Positions 1-8,674 of a DNA stretch of 64,000 nt are shown piece after piece. Source of the DNA: an uncultured Candidatus Saccharibacteria bacterium (GTDB taxonomy: Bacteria > Patescibacteriota > Saccharimonadia > Saccharimonadales > CAYVSP01); NCBI GenBank assembly GCA_964584265.1, contig CAZOZI010000001.1:75691-139690 (forward strand), read 5' to 3'. The translations under genes were made by a program, and so were the position numbers. The notes beneath the pieces are model-generated. The model did not search any database. It was given only the letters and a program-made list of their open reading frames with translations, and was not told the origin of the DNA. Numbering within the stretch: position 1 is the first letter of the stretch; each line of letters starts with the position of its first letter.

Positions 1-264
1 TTCTTAGATGAAGTACGAGTGAATGATGAGGAGGGCCGAAAAGTTCTTAAGCTGCTAATCAACCATCCTGACAGCAATGCTCGCATTACAGAGATTGTCC
101 GTCTCAGTAAACCCGGCAGACGCCAGTACTCTGGTGCAGCCGAAATCCCGGTAGTGAAACGCGGCCGTGGTATCGTGGTTGTTTCAACTTCTAAAGGCGT
201 TATGACCGGCGATGATGCCAAAAGTAAGCGCTTGGGTGGCGAATTAATCTGCAAAGTGTATTAA
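1..264 (+). CDS. rpsH: 30S ribosomal protein S8, C-terminal part (5' end lies outside window)
   Basis: Frame is open from nt 1. The tail ...VVVSTSKGVMTGDDAKSKRLGGELICKVY is the conserved S8 C-terminus. It is followed by L6-L18-S5 in canonical spc order. Confidence 0.85.
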   Translation, partial: FLDEVRVNDEEGRKVLKLLINHPDSNARITEIVRLSKPGRRQYSGAAEIPVVKRGRGIVVVSTSKGVMTGDDAKSKRLGGELICKVY

Positions 265-274
265 AGGAAGAATA

Positions 275-814
275 ATGAGTCGTATAGGCAAATTACCAAT
301 CAAAATACCGAGCGGTGTGAGCGTCACAATTGAGCGTGATCATATTGCAGTTCAAGGCTCAAAGGGTAGTTTGCAACAAGTAATGTTAGCTGGTATTTCA
401 CTCAAGCAAGAAGAAGATGCTGTTGTCGTAAGTCGCCATAATGATGAGCCAGTGAATAGGGCGAAACATGGCCTGATGCGCTCTCTTGTGCAAAACATGG
501 TAACAGGCGTCAACGAAGGCTTTTCTAAGCAGTTAGAGTTGCATGGGGTAGGTTATCGAGTAGCATTATCAGGTCAGGACCTGAAGTTTAATATAGGCAA
601 ATCGCACGAAGTTGCGTACACTATTCCAACTGGCGTTGTTGCCAGTGTTGAGCAAAATACCATTACCATCAGCGGCATAGACAAGCAATTGGTTGGCCAA
701 GTGGCGGCAGAGATTCGAGCGCTCAAGAAACCGGAACCTTACAAAGGCAAAGGCATCCGCTACAGCGGGGAGCGCATTATTCGTAAAAGCGGGAAGAGCG
801 GTAAGGAAAAATAA
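275..814 (+). CDS. rplF: 50S ribosomal protein L6
   Basis: 179 aa. N-terminus MSRIGKLPI and C-terminal PYKGKGIRY are typical of L6. Operon position is S8-L6-L18. Confidence 0.95.
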   Translation: MSRIGKLPIKIPSGVSVTIERDHIAVQGSKGSLQQVMLAGISLKQEEDAVVVSRHNDEPVNRAKHGLMRSLVQNMVTGVNEGFSKQLELHGVGYRVALSGQDLKFNIGKSHEVAYTIPTGVVASVEQNTITISGIDKQLVGQVAAEIRALKKPEPYKGKGIRYSGERIIRKSGKSGKEK

Positions 815-1170
815 TGAATCGACATAGCGACACACTGAGAAATCGTGCATTGCGTAAAAACCGAGTGCGTACAACTGTTTCAGGTACAACCAAGCGGCCG
901 CGATTGACCGTGTTTGTTAGCAACCGCCACATCAGTGCCCAATTAATTGATGACACAAAGCATGCTACAATCGCTACAGTAACGACAGTTGGAGAAAAAA
1001 CGGCCACAGGTTCATTGTCGACACGGGCTGCTTGGGTCGGGTCTGAAATTGCTAGTAAGGCAAAAACGGCAAAAGTTAAACAAGTTGTATTTGATAGAAA
1101 CGGCCGTCTATACCATGGTCGAGTAAAAGCGCTGGCCGATGCAGCGCGCGAGCAAGGACTGGAGTTCTAA
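814..1170 (+). CDS. rplR: 50S ribosomal protein L18
   Basis: 118 aa. C-terminus FDRNGRLYHGRVKALADAAREQGLEF is typical of L18. TAATG overlap with rplF. Confidence 0.95.
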   Translation: MNRHSDTLRNRALRKNRVRTTVSGTTKRPRLTVFVSNRHISAQLIDDTKHATIATVTTVGEKTATGSLSTRAAWVGSEIASKAKTAKVKQVVFDRNGRLYHGRVKALADAAREQGLEF

Positions 1171-1171
1171 G

Positions 1172-1699
1172 ATGGCTATGACACAGACTGATCGAAGAAT
1201 TGACCGCGAGGAGAAACAGTTTGACGAACGGGTCGTGCACGTTGATCGTGTAGCACGAGTTGTTAAAGGTGGCCGTCGTTTTCGATTTCGCGCACTAGTT
1301 GTAGTAGGCGATCATAAAGGTAAGGTTGGCATTGGTAGTGCCAAAGGTGCTGATGTAACCGCGGCTGTTACAAAAGCCGTGGAGGTTGCTAAGAAACATT
1401 TTATTAACGTACCCCTTTATAAAGGTACCCTGCCACATGATCATGAAGCTAAAGTCGGCGGTGCCAGAATCTTGTTAAAACCGGCGGCTCCTGGAACTGG
1501 TTTGATTGCCGGCGGAGTAGTCCGAACAGTACTTGAAGTAGCGGGCGTTAGTAATGTGTTGAGTAAGTCACTCGGCTCAACCAATAAAACCAACACTGCA
1601 TATGCCACTATAGCTGCCATACAAGGTATAGCTCCCGCCAAAGATTGGATTACGACTGATAAGACTAAAACTGCAAACAAAACAAAGGCCAAAGTATGA
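1172..1699 (+). CDS. rpsE: 30S ribosomal protein S5
   Basis: ATG at 1172 (MAMTQTDRR) lies just after the rplR stop; the track start at 1139 lies inside rplR. S5 motif VVKGGRRFRFRALVVVGD is present. Confidence 0.95.
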   Translation: MAMTQTDRRIDREEKQFDERVVHVDRVARVVKGGRRFRFRALVVVGDHKGKVGIGSAKGADVTAAVTKAVEVAKKHFINVPLYKGTLPHDHEAKVGGARILLKPAAPGTGLIAGGVVRTVLEVAGVSNVLSKSLGSTNKTNTAYATIAAIQGIAPAKDWITTDKTKTANKTKAKV

Positions 1700-2181
1700 A
1701 ATATCACGAACTTCAGGTAACCTCTCGGCAAACTAAGCGTCGAGTAGGCCGTGGTATATCAGCCGGACAAGGTAAAACAGCTGGACGCGGCACGAAAGGT
1801 CAAAAATCACGAGCCGGTTCGAGTCGACGTCCTGGCTTCGAAGGCGGTCAAAATCCTCTTTTGCAGCGTCTACCAAAACTACGTGGCTTTCATAGTAGTC
1901 GCACAGCTCCAGACGTCATTTATACAGGTCAACTTAATCAAGTTGGCAACTCTGTAACCAACGATAGTCTTGCGGCAGCTGGTCTTGTTGGTAATCCCTA
2001 CAGGCGAGTTAAACTCCTTTATAAAGGTGTATTAAACAAAAAGGTAACAGTTAAGTTGCAGACTGCCAGTAAGCAAGCGATTAAGGTTGTTGAAGAAAAG
2101 GGCGGTACTTTTATGCTTACTCCACAGCAGATGCGTCCCAAAACAAGCACTACAACTAAGGCAAAAAAAGCTACAGACTAA
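1696..2181 (+). CDS. rplO: 50S ribosomal protein L15
   Basis: 161 aa. Gly/Arg-rich N-terminus GRGISAGQGKTAGRGTKGQKSR. ATGA overlap with rpsE, so no L30 gene lies between them. Confidence 0.95.
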   Translation: MKYHELQVTSRQTKRRVGRGISAGQGKTAGRGTKGQKSRAGSSRRPGFEGGQNPLLQRLPKLRGFHSSRTAPDVIYTGQLNQVGNSVTNDSLAAAGLVGNPYRRVKLLYKGVLNKKVTVKLQTASKQAIKVVEEKGGTFMLTPQQMRPKTSTTTKAKKATD

Positions 2182-2245
2182 ATTGTTTCGCTTTTATGTG
2201 GCCTGTGCTTAAATAAACCGGTAATAATGAGGGTAAGAGTGTAAA

Positions 2246-3745
2246 TTGAGCTGGAAAACTGTTTGGCAATCACTTAAAAACGCTGATATGCGCAAGCGTA
2301 TTTTGGCAGTGTTGGGCATGTTGCTTGTATTCCGTATATTGGCTCACATCCCGATTCCTTTAAGCAACCCTGAAACCTTAAAACAAGTACTTGAAAACCT
2401 GTTTACTTCAGCTAAAACGCCGCAACTGCTCAAATTTATTGATGTGCTTTCCGGTGGCGCCTTAGCTAATTTCTCTATTATGTTAGTTGGCCTTGGACCA
2501 TACATTAACGCTTCCATCATTATGCAATTACTCACTAAGGCCATACCTAAGCTTGAAGCGCTTAATAATGAAGGCGAATTTGGTCGCAAGAAAATTAATC
2601 AATATACCCGCATCTTAACCTTCCCACTAGCTATTGTGCAGTCAGTCGGTGCCCTGTACCTAGTCCGACAAACAGCCTCAAGCATCGGCGGCTTAGGCGA
2701 CATTACGGCCAATACTTCACCAATCCAGTGGGTGCTAATGGTCGCCTCGCTAACCGGTGGAGCAATGATACTAATGTGGTTAGGAGAATTGATTACTGAA
2801 CAGAGTATTGGCAATGGTATTTCTCTACTTATTACTGTTGGTATTGTCAGTCGTCTGCCGCAAACGTTGGTAAGTGTTGTTAATGCCGTCGCCAGTAAAG
2901 GTAAACCGTGGATAGTCTTAGGCAAACAGTTGCCCATTAATAAAACTGCTTCTTTATATGGGTTGATTATTCTGGCAATCACTGTCGTTGTTACGGTGTT
3001 AGTGGTAAAACTCAACGAAGCCTCGCGTCATATAACCGTCAATTACGCCAAGCGAGTGCAAGGCAATCGTACCTACGGTGGTGTAACGACTATTTTGCCA
3101 GTTAAATTAATTACAGCAGGGGTTATCCCAATTATCTTTGCCGTAGCCTTTTTGAGTGTACCGAGCTTCGCCGGCCAGTTACTTGCGACCAACAGTAGTT
3201 TACGTTTACAACAATTGGGCACTCATTTGGTGCAGTGGTTTCAAACCCCCAGCGCTCAAACTTTCTCAGCTGGCGGCTTTACGCCATATATATATCCGTT
3301 AGTCTACTTTTCACTGGTCTTCGTTTTTACCTTTTTTTATACCAGCATTACCTTTAACGCCAAAGAGATAGCTGAAAACCTACAAAAACAAGGCGGCTTT
3401 ATTGAAGGTGTTAGATCAGGCCCTGAAACTGAGAGCTACCTAAGCAAAGTGGTTAATAGATTGAACTTATTTGGCGCTATCAGTCTTGGACTGCTTGCAC
3501 TCATGCCGATTATTGCCCAGATCTTCCTCAATACCAATATTGCTATAGGCGGAACGAGTATTTTGATCCTGGTCGCTGTTGCTCTTGAAACACTACGGGC
3601 AATTGAGTCACGTGCTCTTATGGTAACGTATGACCAATATAGTGAACCGGACTTCTTTTATGAGGCTGGTAATGCAGCTGAAGCAGCCACTGGCGGGCGA
3701 CGACTCCGCTTTTTGCCAAACCGAGTGGGGCGTAAGAAGAAATGA
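2246..3745 (+). CDS. secY: Preprotein translocase subunit SecY
   Basis: 499 aa polytopic membrane protein with motif GLGPYINASIIMQLL. It follows rplO as in all bacteria. TTG start. Confidence 0.95.
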   Translation: MSWKTVWQSLKNADMRKRILAVLGMLLVFRILAHIPIPLSNPETLKQVLENLFTSAKTPQLLKFIDVLSGGALANFSIMLVGLGPYINASIIMQLLTKAIPKLEALNNEGEFGRKKINQYTRILTFPLAIVQSVGALYLVRQTASSIGGLGDITANTSPIQWVLMVASLTGGAMILMWLGELITEQSIGNGISLLITVGIVSRLPQTLVSVVNAVASKGKPWIVLGKQLPINKTASLYGLIILAITVVVTVLVVKLNEASRHITVNYAKRVQGNRTYGGVTTILPVKLITAGVIPIIFAVAFLSVPSFAGQLLATNSSLRLQQLGTHLVQWFQTPSAQTFSAGGFTPYIYPLVYFSLVFVFTFFYTSITFNAKEIAENLQKQGGFIEGVRSGPETESYLSKVVNRLNLFGAISLGLLALMPIIAQIFLNTNIAIGGTSILILVAVALETLRAIESRALMVTYDQYSEPDFFYEAGNAAEAATGGRRLRFLPNRVGRKKK

Positions 3746-3805
3746 TGCGAAAAAACACTTTACAAAACGCTGGGTTAACTGGTATACTGCAGCCTTGTTA
3801 TATTT

Positions 3806-4027
3806 ATGGCCGCTAGTAAAGAAGTAATCCAGCTCACTGGTACGGTGGTGGAGACACTACCGGGAACACAATTTCGGGTGGAGCTTGAAAACGGACATCG
3901 AATTATAGCTCACGTCGCCGGGAAGATGCGTAAACATTACATACGAATCGTCCCAGGGGACAGCGTGACGGTTGAACTGACACCTTACGATCTCACGAAG
4001 GGTCGAATAACCTATCGCACAACGTAA
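3806..4027 (+). CDS. infA: Translation initiation factor IF-1
   Basis: 73 aa. Shows the S1-like IF-1 pattern [39 protein letters not shown]. Confidence 0.95.
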   Translation: MAASKEVIQLTGTVVETLPGTQFRVELENGHRIIAHVAGKMRKHYIRIVPGDSVTVELTPYDLTKGRITYRTT

Positions 4028-4075
4028 ATCTTAAATGACGCAGAGTGTCATCGCTAACAGGAGGCAATGATCCGT

Positions 4076-4192
4076 ATGAAAGTACGTGCGAGTGTGAAGA
4101 AGATAAGCCCAGACGACAAGATTGTCCGACGTAAAGGACGCTTGTACGTTATTAATAAATTCAAACCGAAGCATAAGCAGAGGCAGGGTTAG
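4076..4192 (+). CDS. rpmJ: 50S ribosomal protein L36
   Basis: 38-aa ORF below the track cutoff: [44 protein letters not shown] at 4059-4064, 11 nt upstream. Canonical infA-rpmJ-rpsM position. Confidence 0.9.
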   Translation: MKVRASVKKISPDDKIVRRKGRLYVINKFKPKHKQRQG

Positions 4193-4195
4193 ATT

Positions 4196-4582
4196 ATGGC
4201 CAGAATCGCAGGAGTTAACATTCCAGCCGAAAAGCAGGTGCACGTAGCACTGACTTATATTTATGGCATTGGACCGGTTGCAAGTACTGCTATTTTACAG
4301 ACCGCTAAGGTTGAGCCGACTGTTAGAGTTAAGAATCTAACTGAGGCGGAACTATCACGGCTGGCTGAAGTCATTAATGCTGATTATGTTGTAGAAGGTG
4401 AATTACAGCGTATTGTAACTGGCAACATCAAGCGATTAAAAGACATTAATAGTTACCGCGGAATGAGACACAAGTTAAATTTGCCCACACGGGGACAACG
4501 AACACGTACGAACGCACGTACTAGACGAGGTAAAAAGGTAACGGTTGGTGGCACGGCTAAGAAGGTAGCCTCAAAGACATAG
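4196..4582 (+). CDS. rpsM: 30S ribosomal protein S13
   Basis: 128 aa. MARIAGVNIP start and the YRGMRHKLNLPTRGQRTRTNARTR motif. Confidence 0.95.
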   Translation: MARIAGVNIPAEKQVHVALTYIYGIGPVASTAILQTAKVEPTVRVKNLTEAELSRLAEVINADYVVEGELQRIVTGNIKRLKDINSYRGMRHKLNLPTRGQRTRTNARTRRGKKVTVGGTAKKVASKT

Positions 4583-4589
4583 ATTGATC

Positions 4590-5015
4590 ATGGCAGAAGA
4601 AGCTCCAGAAGCAGTAATTGAGGCACCTAAGCCAAGCAAGCCAAAGAAAAAGAAGGCTAAACGCAGCGTTCCTTTTGGCCAAGTACACATTCTGGCAACA
4701 TTTAATAACACAATTATCAGTTTCACGGATGCTCAAGGCGGCGTGCTGGCTACTTCAAGCGCTGGAGCATGTGGTTTTCGCGGGTCTAAAAAAGGCACTG
4801 CCTACGCAGCTCAAGTCGCAACAGAACGCGCTGGCCAAACCGCTAAACAGACCTACGGGCTGAAAAAAATAGATGTATATGTCAAAGGTGTTGGGCTCGG
4901 CAGAGAAGCAGCTATTCGTACTCTTCAAAATCTGGATTTTCAAGTTGACATTATGAAAGATATTACTGGTATGCCGCATGGTGGCGTTCGTCCACGGAAG
5001 GCAAGAAGGGTATAA
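4590..5015 (+). CDS. rpsK: 30S ribosomal protein S11
   Basis: ATG at 4590 is preferred over the TTG at 4584. S11 core HILATFNNTIISFTDAQGGVLATSSAG ... GMPHGGVRPRKARRV. Confidence 0.93.
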   Translation: MAEEAPEAVIEAPKPSKPKKKKAKRSVPFGQVHILATFNNTIISFTDAQGGVLATSSAGACGFRGSKKGTAYAAQVATERAGQTAKQTYGLKKIDVYVKGVGLGREAAIRTLQNLDFQVDIMKDITGMPHGGVRPRKARRV

Positions 5016-5018
5016 CCA

Positions 5019-5642
5019 ATGGCACGAGACACTCAATCTATTGTTAAGATGAGCCGTCGTGAAGGCTATGCTCTGCACCCGAAGGCCCATAAAGCACTCG
5101 TAAAGCGAACTACTCCGCCCGGCGGTCAACAAGGTCGCTATTCTGGCCGTTCACGCTCAAGCCAGTATGCTCTGCAATTGAGGGAAAAACAGAAAGTAAA
5201 GCGACTATATGGTCTTTTGGAGAAGCAATTTCGCAAGCTAATGCAAGAAGCTAGTCGCGGACATGGTGAGTCGGGTACACAACTACTAGAGTTTCTTGAA
5301 AGACGTGCCGACAACGCGGTCTATCGAGCAGGTTTTGCGCCATCGCGCCGTGCGGCACGGCAGCTAGTAACCCATGGACACTTCATCCTCAACGGAAAAC
5401 GTACTGATATACCTTCACAACGCCTTAAAACCGGCGATAGTATGGTTGTGCGGCCTGCCAGTCAAAAGACGGAGTACTTCAAAAGACTTGATGAGGTAAG
5501 CCCAGCGGTTGAAGATCAAATACCCAGTTGGCTCAAAGTCAATCGTAAGAAGTTTGAGATTAATGTAAGTGGTTTGCCTTCTCGAGAGGAAGCTGAGCCA
5601 GATATTAATGAACAATTAATCGTGGAATATTACTCACGGTAA
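5019..5642 (+). CDS. rpsD: 30S ribosomal protein S4
   Basis: 207 aa. LREKQKVKRLYGLLEKQFR motif and S4 RNA-binding domain ARQLVTHGHFILNGKR. Confidence 0.95.
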   Translation: MARDTQSIVKMSRREGYALHPKAHKALVKRTTPPGGQQGRYSGRSRSSQYALQLREKQKVKRLYGLLEKQFRKLMQEASRGHGESGTQLLEFLERRADNAVYRAGFAPSRRAARQLVTHGHFILNGKRTDIPSQRLKTGDSMVVRPASQKTEYFKRLDEVSPAVEDQIPSWLKVNRKKFEINVSGLPSREEAEPDINEQLIVEYYSR

Positions 5643-5660
5643 GGAAGGTTAGGAAACCCT

Positions 5661-6605
5661 ATGTCTAAAACAATTCACACACCAGCGCTTGTCAACATTG
5701 ACGACCATGGAAAAAACAGCAGTACATTCGTAGTTGAGCCGTTGCATAGTGGGTACGGTATGACTCTCGGTAACAGTATTCGCCGTGTTCTGTTGTCCAG
5801 TATCAGCGGAGCAGCAGTTACCGCGTTTAAGATTGAAGGCATAACGCACGAGTTTACAACGTTGCCACACGTCAAAGAAGACGTGGTTGACATAATGCTC
5901 AACCTCAAAGGTGTCCGTTTTCGTGTTTTTGGTGATGACACCCAGAACTTACGCATCATTAAAAAAGGCAAGGGCGTTGTAACCGCTAAAGATATCCAGA
6001 CGAATGCCGATGTTGAAATTGTTAATCCTGAACATGTTATTGCCACACTGGAAGACGGCAAAGCCTCTCTTACCATGGATCTTGTGGTTGAAACTGGGCG
6101 TGGCTATCGAACAATTGAGGAAGGCGCAAACCGAAAAAGTAGCAGTGATACTATTGCTATTGACGCGGTTTTCAGTCCTGTAACACGTGTTCGCTACAAG
6201 GTTGAAAACACTCGTGTGGGGCAAATGACTGATCTGGATAAGCTACTCTTGAGCATAGATACAGACGGTTCTATCACACCGCGTGACGCATTTGAAGAGG
6301 CAGCTGCCATTCTGGTAAATCAATACACGGCTCTAGCCGGTCAAACTAGAGTTGAGGCGGGACCTGTACCTGGCGAACAAGCAGCCAGTGCTACTGGTGA
6401 TGACGGCGAGGAACCAACTGAGCTCATGACGTCGATTGAAGATTTGAATCTATCGGCTCGCACAACTAATGCACTGGTTAATAACGAGATACATACACTT
6501 AAAGATCTTTTTAGCTTGAGTGATGCTGAGTTACGCGACCTTAAAGGATTCGGTAGCAAAGCCTTAGATGAAGTTAAAGAGAAATTGGCTGAATTGGAGC
6601 TCTAA
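5661..6605 (+). CDS. rpoA: DNA-directed RNA polymerase subunit alpha
   Basis: 314 aa. N-terminal EPLHSGYGMTLGNSIRRVLLSSI and C-terminal domain LSARTTNALVNNEIHTLKDL. Position is S4-rpoA-L17. Confidence 0.95.
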   Translation: MSKTIHTPALVNIDDHGKNSSTFVVEPLHSGYGMTLGNSIRRVLLSSISGAAVTAFKIEGITHEFTTLPHVKEDVVDIMLNLKGVRFRVFGDDTQNLRIIKKGKGVVTAKDIQTNADVEIVNPEHVIATLEDGKASLTMDLVVETGRGYRTIEEGANRKSSSDTIAIDAVFSPVTRVRYKVENTRVGQMTDLDKLLLSIDTDGSITPRDAFEEAAAILVNQYTALAGQTRVEAGPVPGEQAASATGDDGEEPTELMTSIEDLNLSARTTNALVNNEIHTLKDLFSLSDAELRDLKGFGSKALDEVKEKLAELEL

Positions 6606-6608
6606 ATA

Positions 6609-7154
6609 ATGCATCGGCACAGTTACAAAGGCACGAAATTTCATCGAGAGCGAGATGCTCGTCGAGCCTTACTAAAAGGTTTAGCTGACTCATTGATTGT
6701 GTATGAGACTATTCAGACGACTGAGCCGAAAGCCAAAGAGCTTGTTCCTTACGTAGAAAAGCTCATCACTAAGGCAAAACGTGGTGATCTTGCTTCGCGT
6801 CGGCAACTTTTGCGCGATTTACAAACAGTAGCCAGCGCACATAAGCTCATGGATGAGATTGCGCCTAAACTAAAGAAGCGCACGAGTGGTCACCTGAAAA
6901 TCGAAAAAGAGGGATATCGACGTGGCGATAACGCAGCCTTAGCACGTGTCAGCTTTGTTGATGATATAAAAAGTAGTAAAGCTGATGAATCTGACAATCA
7001 ACCACAAAAACAAGCGCAAAAACAACAGCATGAAGATACTAAGGAGAAGAGCGAAACCTTACCAAAACCAGCAGCTGCTCGCAAAACACCATCTGCTAGA
7101 GCTACGCAAAACGTGCAAGCTCCCAAGCGCACGGGTAGAAGGGGTAATCGTTAA
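6609..7154 (+). CDS. rplQ: 50S ribosomal protein L17 with ~60-aa Lys/Gln/Glu-rich C-terminal extension
   Basis: 181 aa. The L17 core is RALLKGLADSLIVYETIQTTEPKAKEL. The tail from about nt 6960 is low-complexity (QPQKQAQKQQHEDTKEK...). Confidence 0.9.
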   Translation: MHRHSYKGTKFHRERDARRALLKGLADSLIVYETIQTTEPKAKELVPYVEKLITKAKRGDLASRRQLLRDLQTVASAHKLMDEIAPKLKKRTSGHLKIEKEGYRRGDNAALARVSFVDDIKSSKADESDNQPQKQAQKQQHEDTKEKSETLPKPAAARKTPSARATQNVQAPKRTGRRGNR

Positions 7155-7603
7155 TGAAAACGTATAGCGCAAAACCGACTGATGTTACCCGTAAATGGTA
7201 TGTATTTGATGCTAGTGAAGCGCCGCTTGGGCGCTTGGCGACTAATGTAGCTCAATTATTGATCGGCAAAGGGAAGCCACAATTTACTCACCACATCGAT
7301 TGTGGTGACTACGTAGTAATCACAAACGCCCAAAAGCTGGTAGTTACCGGAAATAAAGTGGCTGATAAGAAGTATTACAAACACAGCGGCTACCCTGGTG
7401 GTCTGAGCGAGCGCACACTAGGTGAACAAATGGAGCGTGATCCAACTAAGGTCATTGAGCATGCAATAAGGGGTATGTTGCCAGTAAACAAGCTCCGTCC
7501 AGCCAGGTTGGCCCGTCTCAAGGTCTACAGTGGTAGTGAGCATGAACATACTGCCCAAAAACCAATGGTCATCAGTCTTAAAAAGGCAAATCATGAAATA
7601 TAA
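7154..7603 (+). CDS. rplM: 50S ribosomal protein L13
   Basis: 149 aa. KWYVFDASEAPLGRLAT ... YYKHSGYPGG motifs. TAATG overlap with rplQ. Confidence 0.95.
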   Translation: MKTYSAKPTDVTRKWYVFDASEAPLGRLATNVAQLLIGKGKPQFTHHIDCGDYVVITNAQKLVVTGNKVADKKYYKHSGYPGGLSERTLGEQMERDPTKVIEHAIRGMLPVNKLRPARLARLKVYSGSEHEHTAQKPMVISLKKANHEI

Positions 7604-7606
7604 AAG

Positions 7607-7681
7607 GGAAAAGAGAGCCAGAGTCTTGGATTCATTCCAAACCCAGCGCGTTGAGAAAAACAGTAGGTTTGTCTCAAAAGC
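7607..7681 (+). promoter_or_regulatory. Structured 5' leader motif, copy A (rplM-rpsI spacer)
   Basis: 75-nt block, 64/75 identical and gap-free to 15851-15925. Hairpin 1 is 7626-7640 (UUGGA/UCCAA). Hairpin 2 is 7651-7677 (UUGAGA/UCUCAA). Each stem carries one compensatory change relative to copy B. GGAGG SD and the rpsI ATG follow within 15 nt. Confidence 0.5.
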
Positions 7682-7696
7682 CGGAGGCGCTACGTA

Positions 7697-8095
7697 ATGG
7701 CTAAACAGGATTATTTCTATGCATTGGGGCGACGTAAAAGTGCCACCGCCCGTGTAAGGCTGCAAGGTGGCAAGGGTGAGATTACAATCAATGGCAAACC
7801 GGCTAACGAGTATTTGAGCACCAGCAAGTACCTCCTTAGAGAGCTTGAACAACCCTTTAATGTCGTCGAGCAAAATGGTAAGTACAATGTAAGTGCCGTT
7901 GTTTCTGGCGGCGGCCACAATGGGCAAGTTGAAGCAATCCGTTTAGGTATTGCCAAGGCATTGGCGCTTATGAATGAGGATCTTAAAGGAACGCTCAAAC
8001 GAGCCGATCTGCTTGGCCGGGACCCACGCGAAAAAGAACGCAAGAAGTTCGGTCTCCGTGGAGCACGCAAGCAACGACAGTTTACAAAGAGGTAG
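7697..8095 (+). CDS. rpsI: 30S ribosomal protein S9
   Basis: 132 aa. GRRKSATARVRL ... GGGHNGQVEAIRLGIAKAL ... RKQRQFTKR are typical of S9. Confidence 0.95.
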   Translation: MAKQDYFYALGRRKSATARVRLQGGKGEITINGKPANEYLSTSKYLLRELEQPFNVVEQNGKYNVSAVVSGGGHNGQVEAIRLGIAKALALMNEDLKGTLKRADLLGRDPREKERKKFGLRGARKQRQFTKR

Positions 8096-8098
8096 AGT

Positions 8099-8518
8099 AT
8101 GCAAAGAACTGAAGCGGGTGTAAGTTTCGTTGGATTAACTGACCGAGTACTCCAATTCTTTGATGAATCTCCGGATAATGCAAGTAGTGTAGTTGCTAGA
8201 GGTTACTCTGAAGGTACTGCATACATGTTGGTTGCGGGAGAGCTAGTTAGTGGTTTATGCGTACTCACGGATCTAACACAGAGGGCCGAATTCTTTGCTG
8301 CGTGGCATAGGATACTGCGCAGTGATTGCTCAATAGAATACCAAACTATCCAAGCAGAAAACCCCCAAATGAGTCGCGAAGACCTAAATGCAACACCTAA
8401 GATGATACGCTTGAACGCAATACGACAAGCAGTTGGAGGGTCAGTACAAGCGAACTACAGAAAAGCGCGTGCCGAAAAACTGTTTCCGCAAGTCTTTTCG
8501 AGTATTGCAAGGCGTTGA
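8099..8518 (+). CDS. Hypothetical protein (139 aa)
   Basis: The ORF starts 3 nt after the rpsI stop. I recognise no motif. It sits upstream of a terminator. Confidence 0.5.
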   Translation: MQRTEAGVSFVGLTDRVLQFFDESPDNASSVVARGYSEGTAYMLVAGELVSGLCVLTDLTQRAEFFAAWHRILRSDCSIEYQTIQAENPQMSREDLNATPKMIRLNAIRQAVGGSVQANYRKARAEKLFPQVFSSIARR

Positions 8519-8630
8519 AAGCAGTGGTATAGTAATTTTCATGTCAAGAGGCATTAAGAGCAATTTGTATTTTTGGTTTACAGACTCAATGGAGGCGGTG
8601 AGCTAGTATTTGTTTTTGTTCTAGAATAGT

Positions 8631-8654
8631 AAACCGCCCAAGAGGCGGTTTTTT
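8631..8654 (+). terminator. Rho-independent terminator
   Basis: AAACCGCC-CAAGA-GGCGGTTT followed by TTT. Located downstream of the 8099-8518 ORF at the end of the r-protein transcription unit. Confidence 0.7.
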
Positions 8655-8674
8655 AATGTAAAGGAGTAAGAAAA

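Noticed and set aside
1139-1171. Upstream-extended starts in the ORF track at 1139 (rpsE), 10109 (rluD), 11088 (holB), 21021 (rplA), 32999 (ybaB), 35124 (cysS), 43288 (VOC protein) and 55072 (atpG).
   Set aside because: The extensions overlap the preceding gene or add non-conserved residues. Internal ATGs with better SD spacing and canonical N-termini were chosen instead.
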